In this document: one piece after another, positions 25,960 to 35,703 of the stretch
Numbering within the stretch: the first letter of the stretch is position 1
Layout of the letters: every line of letters begins with the position of its first letter
Source of the DNA: a virus
Taxonomy: Duplodnaviria > Caudoviricetes
Virus record (IMG/VR): IMGVR_UViG_3300046786_000092
Span: 1-57,428 of that record
DNA: 57,428 nucleotides
Reading direction: 5' to 3' (one strand)
Notes under the pieces: model-generated
Told to the model about the DNA's origin: nothing
Seen by the model: the letters and a program-made list of their open reading frames with translations, nothing else
The model's database searches: none
Made by a program: the position numbers and the translations under genes

Positions 25960-28529
25960 AAGAATTTACAGCACAACAGCGAGAAGTAGTTGCTCGAAAG
26001 CTTGGCTATGAAGGACCAATGCAAGGCTTTGATGAATTTATTTCATCCAATCCCGCATTGGAGATGAAGTATGCCACCATTGCTGGTAAGTTTGCTGAGC
26101 GTATGGCTAAGGGTGGACTTGTCAAGATGAAACCTAAGGGATATGCTGACGGTGGTGCTGTTACGGATGCTCAAGTAGCTGAGTGGTGGAACAATCCAGC
26201 AAATCAACAATTATCTGATGCTGAAATTAAAGCAACAATGGATCAGTTCAAGGTTACGCCTGAACAGTTTGCTAGATCTATTGGTGCTAATGAAACCACC
26301 GCTGCTGACATTGCTTCTAGATATGCAGCAGTAGGAGCACCACAAGATAATGCTAGTATTACAGTTGGTAATAATGCTGTTGACACTAACAATGTAACTG
26401 TAGGAAACACTGTAGACACTACAACTAACAATACTGTTGCTGGCACTGGTACTACAGCTAATACCGGAAGCACATCAACTATGAGTGCTGGTATGCAATG
26501 GGCATTAGCCAATAACCTTACAGCAGATCAAGTTTATAACAATATTAATTCTTGGCTTGCTAACAATCCCAACGCCACCCAAGCAGAAATTCAAGCAGCT
26601 ATGGCTGCTTCAGGTGTGAGTGGTGCAGATGTAGCCGCTGCTGCTGCTAAAAAAGCTTCTGCTGATGCTGCTGCAAAGGCCGCTGCTGATGCTGCTGCTG
26701 CCAAAGCTACTGCTGATGCTGCTGCTGCAAAGGCTGCTGCTGATTTAGCTGCTGCTAATGCTGCTCTTGCTTCTGCTAAAACAGAAGCTGCTAGACAAGC
26801 TGCCCTTGCTGCTCAGGCAAAAGCTGCACAAGATGCTGCTGCTGCAAAGGCAGCACAAGACGCTGCTAGTTCTAGAGTTTCCTATTCAGCTACTGGAGTT
26901 CCACAAGCAGCTTCTGCTGCTAAAGTAACTCCTACAGCTATTGTTGCTAATGAAGCTCAAAACATTTCTACAGAAGCTAGAGCTGGTGAAGCACAAACAA
27001 TTACAGGTACATCCCCTGCTGCTGCTACATTGGTAAAAATGCCTACAGCTTTGACAGCAGAACAAATGACAGCTACAACAGCTGCTCCTGCTGTTGGACA
27101 AATGTTAGAGGGCTTTACTCCAGCACAAGGTACGCTTTCTGAAGCTGCTAAAGTAAAAGCAGCAGAGGCTGGTCCTACAGCACTCACTGGTGCTGCTGAA
27201 CAAGCTGCACAGATTGAGCAAGCACAACAAGTACAGGCTCCTGCTGCACGAACAATGACTGAAGCTGAGACAGTTGCTGGTACTGCTGTTGATATGGCTA
27301 AGGTTGGTACAGAGTTAGCTAAAGCTGAAGCGGCACAGGGTGTTGTCACTGAAGACATGACTGTACAAGGTCAACTCAAGAAACTCACTAGCAATTTTGA
27401 TGCTACAAATCCACCACCTTGGGCTGCTGGTGCTTTAAGAGCAGTGACAGCAGAAATGTCTGCTAGAGGTTTAGGAGCTTCTAGTTTGGCTGGTGCTGCT
27501 TTAGTACAAGCTGCTTTAGAGAAAGCTCTCCCTATTGCTTCTGCTGATGCTTCTATTTATCAACAGATGGCTACACAGAATCTGTCTAATAGACAACAGA
27601 TTGCTGTACTCACTGCACAACAAAGAGCTACATTCTTAGGTCAAGAGTTTGATCAGAACTTCCAGACTCGTGTAGTTAATGCTGCTCGTGTTGCTGACAT
27701 TGCAAACATGAACTTCAATGCTAATCAACAAATAGCTTTGGAGAATTCTCGTCTTGCTCAATCTGTTGATTTGGCAAACCTCAATAGTAGACAAGCTGCA
27801 TTCATGGCTGAACTTGCACAGACAGCTACTCTTGAAACAGCTAATCTAAACAATAGACAACAGGCTGCTGTTGCTAATGCTCAAGCTGCTTTGCAAATGG
27901 ACTTAACTAACCTGTCTTATGATCAACAAACCCAAGTGTTAAAGACACAACTAACAGCACAGGCAATCTTGAGTGATGCTGCTGCTGAGAATTCAGCTAA
28001 GCAATTTAATGCTACTAGTGTTAACCAAACAAATCAATTCTACGCAAGTTTAACATCTCAAGTTGGTCAGTTCAATGCTGCACAGAGTAATGCTATGGAA
28101 CAATTCAAAGTTGATCAAGCCAACTCTATTGCTAAGTTTAATGCTGAAGTGCAGAATCAAAGAGAACAATTCAATGCACAGCAGCGATTAGTTATTGATC
28201 AAGCTAATGCTCAATGGCAAAGAGAGATTGCTACCATTAACACTGGTGCTATTAATACAATCAATTTATCTAATGCTCAACTTGCTCAGCAAATGACTCT
28301 TACAGAATATAATAATGAGATACAAATGTATCGTGATTCTGTAACACATGCTTGGCAGTCTGCTGAGAATGATGCCAACAGAGCAACCACTCTTGCTGGT
28401 GAAGAAATTAGAGCTGCTGCTGTTATTGCTGGTGCTGAGATTAAAGCAGACAGCGATGCATCAACAGCTTTTGGTAGCTTTGTTGGTAAAGTATTGGTTG
28501 GTGCAGCTACAGGAAGTATTCTACCATGA
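25956..28529 (+). CDS. Internal virion/ejection protein (Ala/Gln/Asn-rich)
   Basis: 857 aa, long predicted coils, QFNA repeats, C-terminal Gly/hydrophobic tail. Confidence 0.7.
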   Translation: MKEFTAQQREVVARKLGYEGPMQGFDEFISSNPALEMKYATIAGKFAERMAKGGLVKMKPKGYADGGAVTDAQVAEWWNNPANQQLSDAEIKATMDQFKVTPEQFARSIGANETTAADIASRYAAVGAPQDNASITVGNNAVDTNNVTVGNTVDTTTNNTVAGTGTTANTGSTSTMSAGMQWALANNLTADQVYNNINSWLANNPNATQAEIQAAMAASGVSGADVAAAAAKKASADAAAKAAADAAAAKATADAAAAKAAADLAAANAALASAKTEAARQAALAAQAKAAQDAAAAKAAQDAASSRVSYSATGVPQAASAAKVTPTAIVANEAQNISTEARAGEAQTITGTSPAAATLVKMPTALTAEQMTATTAAPAVGQMLEGFTPAQGTLSEAAKVKAAEAGPTALTGAAEQAAQIEQAQQVQAPAARTMTEAETVAGTAVDMAKVGTELAKAEAAQGVVTEDMTVQGQLKKLTSNFDATNPPPWAAGALRAVTAEMSARGLGASSLAGAALVQAALEKALPIASADASIYQQMATQNLSNRQQIAVLTAQQRATFLGQEFDQNFQTRVVNAARVADIANMNFNANQQIALENSRLAQSVDLANLNSRQAAFMAELAQTATLETANLNNRQQAAVANAQAALQMDLTNLSYDQQTQVLKTQLTAQAILSDAAAENSAKQFNATSVNQTNQFYASLTSQVGQFNAAQSNAMEQFKVDQANSIAKFNAEVQNQREQFNAQQRLVIDQANAQWQREIATINTGAINTINLSNAQLAQQMTLTEYNNEIQMYRDSVTHAWQSAENDANRATTLAGEEIRAAAVIAGAEIKADSDASTAFGSFVGKVLVGAATGSILP

Positions 28530-28735
28530 AAAATTTTAAGAACTATTATGCTAAGGTTGATGGAATGGCTAATGCCAAACTATCTAAACCAAAGAAAGAT
28601 ACTGGTAATGGGTTGTTATCCAAACCTATAGATAAGCCTTCTATTAAAGACAAGTCTTCAGATGTCCTTACTAAAGTATCAAACTACATTGCAGTAATTA
28701 GAAAACAAAAAGAGGAGTTAATGCATGGCAAGTAA
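28526..28735 (+). CDS. Small basic protein
   Basis: 69 aa, overlaps both neighbours. Confidence 0.7.
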   Translation: MKNFKNYYAKVDGMANAKLSKPKKDTGNGLLSKPIDKPSIKDKSSDVLTKVSNYIAVIRKQKEELMHGK

Positions 28736-29195
28736 TCCATATTTGACAGCCCCTATCCCCGGTCAATCATTAACAGTTGAGCCGGGTAGTGTGCCTTGGG
28801 AGCAGCCTCCTCAGTTTGTAACACTAGATGAAGTTGCTGCATTCTATTCAGACAGAATGAATGATGTAGAAGCAATCCATGAACTTATGGGATTGTTAGA
28901 AAGAAATATTCCTATTTCTTCCATTGTTAATGGGATGATTAAAATGGGAATGATGAAGGGTTATCACACGATTGATACTGGATTTTTAGTTACACCTATC
29001 CTTGCAGAAATTATTAAAACTCTTGCTGAGTTAAATGATGTTCCTTATAAGATGACTGCTGAAGATGTAGGTAAAGAAAACAAAGTATCTCCCACAATTC
29101 TTAGAGATCTTATTAGAGAGGCTAAGAATAAAGTTGAAAGCAATCCTGAAGCTAAAATTGAGCGTAAGGGTTTGATGGCTAGAGGAGAAGCATAA
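28725..29195 (+). CDS. Conserved virion-module protein
   Basis: APIPGQSLT..PG..PWEQPP motif. Confidence 0.75.
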   Translation: MASNPYLTAPIPGQSLTVEPGSVPWEQPPQFVTLDEVAAFYSDRMNDVEAIHELMGLLERNIPISSIVNGMIKMGMMKGYHTIDTGFLVTPILAEIIKTLAELNDVPYKMTAEDVGKENKVSPTILRDLIREAKNKVESNPEAKIERKGLMARGEA

Positions 29196-30592
29196 TGGGA
29201 TTTAGACTTGGTTCTTTTGTTGGTGGTGTAGCCAAAGGTGCTGGTGAAGCTGTTGAAGATTTGGAGAAGACTAATGCTACTCTGATTAACGACAGCGTTA
29301 AAAGCATGTACCACAACTATCAAGAGTATAAGAAAGAAATTGATAAGAAGAAGAATGAGATGAGAGATGTTGTGGGATCTCTTCGTTCTATTCAATTTGC
29401 TGATGGTCCATTGAATGATCAAGAACTTGTAGCTCTTGCTTCTAATGTTCCTATGGCAAAAGAGATTTCAGATATTATTAAGAAAAATCCTGAGCGTCTA
29501 GAAGGATTATCTAAATCTTTCATCAAAGCTTCTGACAAGATTCCAGAAGGCATGACTATTAATGAATACATTGACACCTATGGCAAGACAGCTAGGCTGA
29601 GTGCTTCTCAACTTGAGAAGGTTGCATCAGTTAAAGAAGATGGCTTCCTTAACAAGATGATTTATGGTGACAATGTAAAGAAACTGAGAAACGCAGCATC
29701 TAAATATGGTGTTAGTGCTGAAGAGTTGTTCTCTGTTGGATCAGCTAAAGATGCTCCATCACTTCCAACATTGTTGCAGGTTGATTATGCTAAGCTTAAA
29801 GAGAAAGACACCTTTAAGAATATTAAAGATCAAGCTCAGCTTACAATGTATAAAGCTGCTGAGTCTGGTACAGATGATGATAAAGTTAAAGCTGCTGCCA
29901 ACTTAGGCCGCATCACTTTGATTGAAGAACTAGGCAACAAGCAGAATAAGACACAACAACAAGTTGAACTTGATTACGCTAATGAAGTTATTGCGCTTAA
30001 GAAAGCAGGTAAATCTCAGGAAGCTGCTGCTAAAGAAACAGAACTTCGTCAGTGGCAAGCCTTGGTTGCTAATCCCAACCTTAAACAGAAGTCGGATGCT
30101 GACAAGATTTCTCAGGCCAACCTCATCACTGCTGCATCTAGAACAATGGTGTCTACAATGTCTAACTACCTACCGCCCGGTAGCTTTATTACAACAGCTA
30201 ATCCTGATGGTACAACTAACATTGAAGTTAAAGACTTGGCTTCCTCAGACAAGGCAGCTAAAGGCTATGCTGCTGGTAGAGATGTGTTGATTAAAGAATA
30301 CACTGTGGATGGTAAGCCTAAGTCTGAAATGCATAAGAATGCTTTGCTGTCTGCTGGTGTTCAGTTTGACCAAGATGGTAAAGCTGTCAACCCTAAAGTA
30401 AACTATGGTGGTGAAGTAACTCCTGCTGGTACACCACAGACACCAAAGCCTAGAGGTGGCCCTATGAATAAGCCAGCAGGTGGTGGTGATGTAGCAGCCG
30501 CTAGAGCACAAGCTAATGATGCAATCAATAAAGGTGCTGACAGAGCAGCAGTGGCAGCACGATTTAAACAACAGACAGGACAGGATCTCTAA
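29195..30592 (+). CDS. Internal virion/ejection protein
   Basis: Gly-rich amphipathic N-terminus (FRLGSFVGGVAKG), helical 465 aa. Confidence 0.7.
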   Translation: MGFRLGSFVGGVAKGAGEAVEDLEKTNATLINDSVKSMYHNYQEYKKEIDKKKNEMRDVVGSLRSIQFADGPLNDQELVALASNVPMAKEISDIIKKNPERLEGLSKSFIKASDKIPEGMTINEYIDTYGKTARLSASQLEKVASVKEDGFLNKMIYGDNVKKLRNAASKYGVSAEELFSVGSAKDAPSLPTLLQVDYAKLKEKDTFKNIKDQAQLTMYKAAESGTDDDKVKAAANLGRITLIEELGNKQNKTQQQVELDYANEVIALKKAGKSQEAAAKETELRQWQALVANPNLKQKSDADKISQANLITAASRTMVSTMSNYLPPGSFITTANPDGTTNIEVKDLASSDKAAKGYAAGRDVLIKEYTVDGKPKSEMHKNALLSAGVQFDQDGKAVNPKVNYGGEVTPAGTPQTPKPRGGPMNKPAGGGDVAAARAQANDAINKGADRAAVAARFKQQTGQDL

Positions 30593-33500
30593 ATGGGAAT
30601 GTTTGATGACTTGATCCCCACTAAAACTAGTGGTGGATTATTTGATGACTTGATTCCAGCAAAACCTACGCCTCAGCAAATTGAGGCTATGGGTTCTCAA
30701 GGTTTACCAACAGAAGCTGAACTTAAAGCTGCTGAGAAACCTGCCATCATCACCAAACAACCAATGCCTAGCAAGGCAAAGATCGAAGCAGCTACACAGA
30801 AGGGTCTTGAAGAAAAGATTCCTTTTGAAGAGTTGTATAAAAACCCAGAACTGTTTGCTGTTGTTAAAGACTACATGAAAGTTAGTCGTAACATTGAACC
30901 TGAGAAGGGTCAATCAGACGAAGAATTTGTTAAGAAGTACATGGCAACAATGAGGGATGTTGAATTCAATACCTTCACTGGTGCTCTTCCTGAACTGAAT
31001 AGAATTCGTAATGCTAAAGCTGAGGATGCTCAGACATTAGGACTAGGCAGAGAACTATACAAACAAACAAGAAGCGTTAATCAACCCGGTGGTCAAGGGT
31101 ATGGAACTTCTGATGCCTTAGTTCCTTATTGGAATGCATTAACTTCTATTGCTACAGATCCTCTTACCTACTTAGGTTTTGGTGCGGGTAAGATGGGACA
31201 GCAAGTTGTTAAGACTGCTGTTGCTAAAGAAGCTGCACAAGTTGCTGCTGGTACTGCCACTACAGGCAGGATTGCTTCTATGCTTAAGCCAACACAAGGT
31301 AAAGTTACTGCTGCAGTGACTGGCCTTGAAGCTACCTCAGGTGTGGGACAGAATGTTGTTAGCCAACGCCTAGAACAAGAGACAAAGAAAGCTATAGGTG
31401 AAGAACCTGAAGAGTTGAATGCACCACAGATGGTGTTAGCTGCTGTCATGAGCGGTGCTGGTGGTTACTTAGAAGCCAAAGGTGCTGCTGCTAAACTTGG
31501 TAAATCTGGTAAAGAACAGTTTGCTGAGAAGCTTAAGAAAGCTAAAGAAAAATCACCCACAAATCCCACTGCTCCACCAACAAAGACAGAAGCAACTTTG
31601 TTGACCCCTGTTGATGAGAACATGGATATGCTTGCTGAAGAATTCATGAAGCAAGAGGGTGCTAAGGTGTTAGATGAAATCTCTCCTGCTGCTGCTTTAG
31701 TAGAGCCAGCTATTCGTAGAGACTTGTCACAAAGAGCTATCCGTGTGGCAATGAACATCATTGAGAACGATCCTACATACAAGGTTAAGGCAGGACAGAA
31801 GACCAGTACAGCCATTGCTGAGGTGTTCTCTGCTATGGATCAAGGTCTAATCGATGACACTTTGTTAGAGCAAGCCATTAGAAAAGAAGGACTAAGTCCT
31901 GAACAGTTTGCTCAAGCTAACAGAGTGACAGTTACACAAGCTGCTCAAATCATGCAGCAATATTCAACAGCCTCTAAGACTCTGAATCGTCTGCGTCAAA
32001 TTGATCCAGATGTTGCTAAGCAAGTGGATGCTTTGTATGGTAAGCCTGACGAATATACATCCACTCTTGGTTACTTAGGTAGCGCATTCAATAGAATCGA
32101 AAGAGAAAGTAAGGCTTTAATTGTTAGCGGTATTGGAACTACTGTCCGTAACATTATGGGTTCCGGTATTGGCTTAACATTTAATTCAGCAGCTTCTGTT
32201 ATTGAAGGTGCGTTGATGACTGTTGGTAAGACATTATCACCAGAGGCTAGGGGTGCTAGGCTTAGCACACTCAAGACAAGCATTGGTGACACCATTGAGA
32301 ATGCCTTTGGTACTTGGGGATACTTAGCTAAGAATGGCTTAGCCTCTGAAGTGACAGACGAACTGCTAAAGCATAACCCATCCATTAGAGGAAGCATCCT
32401 CTCTGCTATGCAAGAGAGCGATACAGACTTGTCCAAGTTTGCTCGTATGGTTAATTCATTGAATGTGGCACAGGATGCTTTCTTTAGAAAGGCCATCTTT
32501 GCTAACTCAGTGGAGAAAAAACTTAAGGGTGTAGGCTTAGATATGTATCAGCTGATTGCTGATGGTAAAGTTATTCCTGCTGACATTCTTAAAGAAGCAG
32601 CAGATGAAACTCTAAAGGCAACATTCTCTTACACTCCTAAAGTACCTAAGGGTGGTATTAAAACATTTGAAAGTGGTGCTGAAGCTGTTGGTAACTATTT
32701 TGTTAAGGCAGCAGAAATTCCCGGTGGTAGTTTATTTGTAACATTCCCCCGCTTCATGACCAATGCTATTGCATTCCAATACCGTTACAGCCCATTGGGT
32801 GGTATCTCGGGTGCAGAAGACATTCTTAGGGGCTCTAAGATGTTAGCTAATGGGGATGAGACAGGTGCTTCCCTTATTAGAAAAGGTCAAGAGAATACAG
32901 CCAAAGGTATTGTAGGCACAGCAGCTCTTCTTTCTGCCATTGACTATCGTGAAAACAATCAAGATGTTGAATGGGGCATGTGGAAAAGAGACGATGGTAC
33001 TACAGTAGATGTTCGTGGTGTATTTCCTCTTGGTCCTTTGTTAGCTATGGCTGATGTAGCAGTGAAACAAAAGCGGGGCTTATCTGCAAAAACAGGAGAT
33101 GCATTTGAAGCTGTGATGGGCATGAAGATGCCAGCAGGTACACAAAACCAATTCATGGATCAACTTATCTCTGCTCTTTCCTCTGAAAGAGATGTAGAGA
33201 AGTGGGCTGATAAGATGGGCAAAGTTGTTGGCGACTTTGGTGCTAGGTTTGTATCGCCCTTCATTGTTAAAGATATCTTTAACTTTGTTGATTTAATTCG
33301 TGAAGGTGGTTCTATTGCTAGAGATCCTAATGTACTTACATCAGAGAAGCCAGCAGATAGAGTATTAGAAGCTGCTAAGAATAGAGTGCAGAGTAAACTA
33401 CCTGTTCTTAAAGAACAACTGCCTGAAACTATTCCTCGTGTTAGACAGGGTCCAGTATATAAAGAAGGTGAATTCTTTAACAACTTGGTAGGTATTCGCA

Positions 33501-35626
33501 TTACACCAGAGAAGACACCAGAAGAAACTGAACTGGTATATCTTGGTATTGATCCATTTAAATTGTATGGACAAGCATCAGGGGATAAAGAATACGACAG
33601 AGAGTATGTAACTCAGGCTAACCCATTGGTAATTGCTACCATTCAAAGAACAATGCTGAGTCCTCGCTATCAAGCCCTGCCTGAGATTGAACAGAAGCAA
33701 GCCATTGAGAATGTAGTTAAGAACATTCTTCCTGTGGCTAGACAACTCACTGATGCTAAGTTCATGCAGGAAGATTTGAATCGTGTGTACAAGATGAAGT
33801 TTAACAAACTCACTGAAGACACTCGTAAGATTATTAACAATAGATATGCAACTGAGCATGGCGGTAAGACACTGGAAGAAGCCAATGACTACATGAAAGT
33901 ACCTGAGTATGCTGCTAGGATTAAAGACTTGCAGTTTGCTACTGGTGGTGTAGTTGCAGGTAAGATTCTTAAAGCTGGAGTTAAGGCTGCAGCTACAGGC
34001 ACTGAAGGTATGTTAAACCTTATCAAGAAGGTTAAGAATCCTGAAGCTATTGTTGCTAATGAAATTAACAATGTTGTAGAAGATGCTCTGAATAAAGCTG
34101 ATCTAACAACTCAAGCAATTCCAACTACACCTAAAGAAGGTGCTGCTACAGCATTGGCTAAGACACCATATGTTAAGAACAAGTATGGTCCTGCTGTATC
34201 CAAACCAGTGGAAGAGACAGCACCAGTGGCTAAGCAAATGGAAGAAGCCATTCCAGAAACTACTGTTGCTCCTAAAGTTGAAGAGCCTTTGCCACCAATT
34301 GAAACAGCACCTATTTCTGAAGAAGCTAAGATCTATACAAGTGGTGCAGCCACAGCAGAGAACTTAAACAAACCTGCCTTTGGTTCTTCCATTGAGAAGC
34401 GTAAAGATACTTTGTATGATATTAAAACAATCAGAACAGAATCTTACAATGCTGCCAAAGAGATGCCTGAGTTTGCTGGTATTGAGGGTGATGCCATTGC
34501 TGTAGCACAAGGTGACTTCAGAGCTACAAAGGGTAAAGAATTTAACCCAACAAATCCTCAGGATGTTGCTGAGTTTGCAGACTTTGCTGCTGGTTATCAG
34601 AGCAAACTTGAAGCAATGAGAGAACAGTATAAAGACATGCCACCTATTCGTCTCTATCATGGCAGCATGACTGAGAGAACACCTGCTAAATTGAAGCGTG
34701 GCTTCTATGACCCACAACAGATAGATGATAAGTGGCATGCAGAGTTGGATGTTGGTGCTACTTCGTTCACTAAAGACTTGCGTCTCAATTACACAAGCCC
34801 TGAGTTTGGTGGTCCTGTTGCTAAGAATATTTCTTATACTGAGATTCCATATGCTGACTACTTGTTTAGAAAAGTAGACATGCCTTTGGATGCATACAGA
34901 AAGAAAGACATGAACACCATTGCTAGAACTATTACAGGTTCACCTGATGTTGCTAGACCAATGGGTATTCCTCGTTCACTTGGCTTCAGAGAATCAGAAG
35001 ATGCATTCACTGAAAGCGAGAAGCTTCAGATGAAAGCTAACCCTGCTGAGACACAGAAGCAATATGATCTGTTGGCTAAACAAGAAGACACTAACAGTAC
35101 TTTGTTCAGCAAGTTGTTAGCAATTAAGGATAAGATTCCTAAGATTGCTGGTACAGATCAGGAAGCTAAGCTTGCTAATGAAGGATATAAAGGTATTAAG
35201 TTACTCATCCAGAATGAGATGAGACACACTGGTGGCAAGAAAGCTTTGGAAAGTGGAATGCTTCCTACCTTTGAAAGCAACCAGCAATTCATTACCAACT
35301 TAAACCTTAGAGCTAAGAACAGTATTCTTGAGTTGCCTACAGTGATTGATGACATCTCCAAGATGTTAGAAAACTCTGGGTCTAAAGACAGGGCTTTAGT
35401 GTTGCAAGAACTTAAGAAGAATCTGGAAGTATTAAAAGAAACACCTAAGTGGACTACTGGTAATACACAGACATCTGATGTGACACCAATACTGAAGAAG
35501 CAAACTGAGGCTGCTAACAATATCAGAGACTTGATTGGTGGTGGTCTTAAGATTGTTGATCCTAACAATCCAAAGAACACAAAGAGAATCGGCTTGGCTA
35601 AGGGAGGTTTAGCCAGCCGTAGATGA
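30593..35626 (+). CDS. Large internal virion/ejection protein with candidate C-terminal ADP-ribosyltransferase-like domain
   Basis: 1677 aa, last late gene; FDDLIP twice at N-terminus; RLYHG / TSFT / ESE motifs in C-terminal third. Confidence 0.7.
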   Translation: MGMFDDLIPTKTSGGLFDDLIPAKPTPQQIEAMGSQGLPTEAELKAAEKPAIITKQPMPSKAKIEAATQKGLEEKIPFEELYKNPELFAVVKDYMKVSRNIEPEKGQSDEEFVKKYMATMRDVEFNTFTGALPELNRIRNAKAEDAQTLGLGRELYKQTRSVNQPGGQGYGTSDALVPYWNALTSIATDPLTYLGFGAGKMGQQVVKTAVAKEAAQVAAGTATTGRIASMLKPTQGKVTAAVTGLEATSGVGQNVVSQRLEQETKKAIGEEPEELNAPQMVLAAVMSGAGGYLEAKGAAAKLGKSGKEQFAEKLKKAKEKSPTNPTAPPTKTEATLLTPVDENMDMLAEEFMKQEGAKVLDEISPAAALVEPAIRRDLSQRAIRVAMNIIENDPTYKVKAGQKTSTAIAEVFSAMDQGLIDDTLLEQAIRKEGLSPEQFAQANRVTVTQAAQIMQQYSTASKTLNRLRQIDPDVAKQVDALYGKPDEYTSTLGYLGSAFNRIERESKALIVSGIGTTVRNIMGSGIGLTFNSAASVIEGALMTVGKTLSPEARGARLSTLKTSIGDTIENAFGTWGYLAKNGLASEVTDELLKHNPSIRGSILSAMQESDTDLSKFARMVNSLNVAQDAFFRKAIFANSVEKKLKGVGLDMYQLIADGKVIPADILKEAADETLKATFSYTPKVPKGGIKTFESGAEAVGNYFVKAAEIPGGSLFVTFPRFMTNAIAFQYRYSPLGGISGAEDILRGSKMLANGDETGASLIRKGQENTAKGIVGTAALLSAIDYRENNQDVEWGMWKRDDGTTVDVRGVFPLGPLLAMADVAVKQKRGLSAKTGDAFEAVMGMKMPAGTQNQFMDQLISALSSERDVEKWADKMGKVVGDFGARFVSPFIVKDIFNFVDLIREGGSIARDPNVLTSEKPADRVLEAAKNRVQSKLPVLKEQLPETIPRVRQGPVYKEGEFFNNLVGIRITPEKTPEETELVYLGIDPFKLYGQASGDKEYDREYVTQANPLVIATIQRTMLSPRYQALPEIEQKQAIENVVKNILPVARQLTDAKFMQEDLNRVYKMKFNKLTEDTRKIINNRYATEHGGKTLEEANDYMKVPEYAARIKDLQFATGGVVAGKILKAGVKAAATGTEGMLNLIKKVKNPEAIVANEINNVVEDALNKADLTTQAIPTTPKEGAATALAKTPYVKNKYGPAVSKPVEETAPVAKQMEEAIPETTVAPKVEEPLPPIETAPISEEAKIYTSGAATAENLNKPAFGSSIEKRKDTLYDIKTIRTESYNAAKEMPEFAGIEGDAIAVAQGDFRATKGKEFNPTNPQDVAEFADFAAGYQSKLEAMREQYKDMPPIRLYHGSMTERTPAKLKRGFYDPQQIDDKWHAELDVGATSFTKDLRLNYTSPEFGGPVAKNISYTEIPYADYLFRKVDMPLDAYRKKDMNTIARTITGSPDVARPMGIPRSLGFRESEDAFTESEKLQMKANPAETQKQYDLLAKQEDTNSTLFSKLLAIKDKIPKIAGTDQEAKLANEGYKGIKLLIQNEMRHTGGKKALESGMLPTFESNQQFITNLNLRAKNSILELPTVIDDISKMLENSGSKDRALVLQELKKNLEVLKETPKWTTGNTQTSDVTPILKKQTEAANNIRDLIGGGLKIVDPNNPKNTKRIGLAKGGLASRR

Positions 35627-35703
35627 TGGTATGCCTGAAGGGACTCGAACCCCTGACCTACAGCTTAGAAGGCTGTTGCTCTATCCAGTTGAGCTACAGG
35701 CAT
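35627..35703 (-). tRNA. tRNA-Arg(UCU)
   Basis: ATGCCTG acceptor stem, TAGCTCAACTGGATAGAGC D-arm, anticodon loop CTTCTAA, GGTTCGAGTCC T-arm, encoded CCA. Confidence 0.95.
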
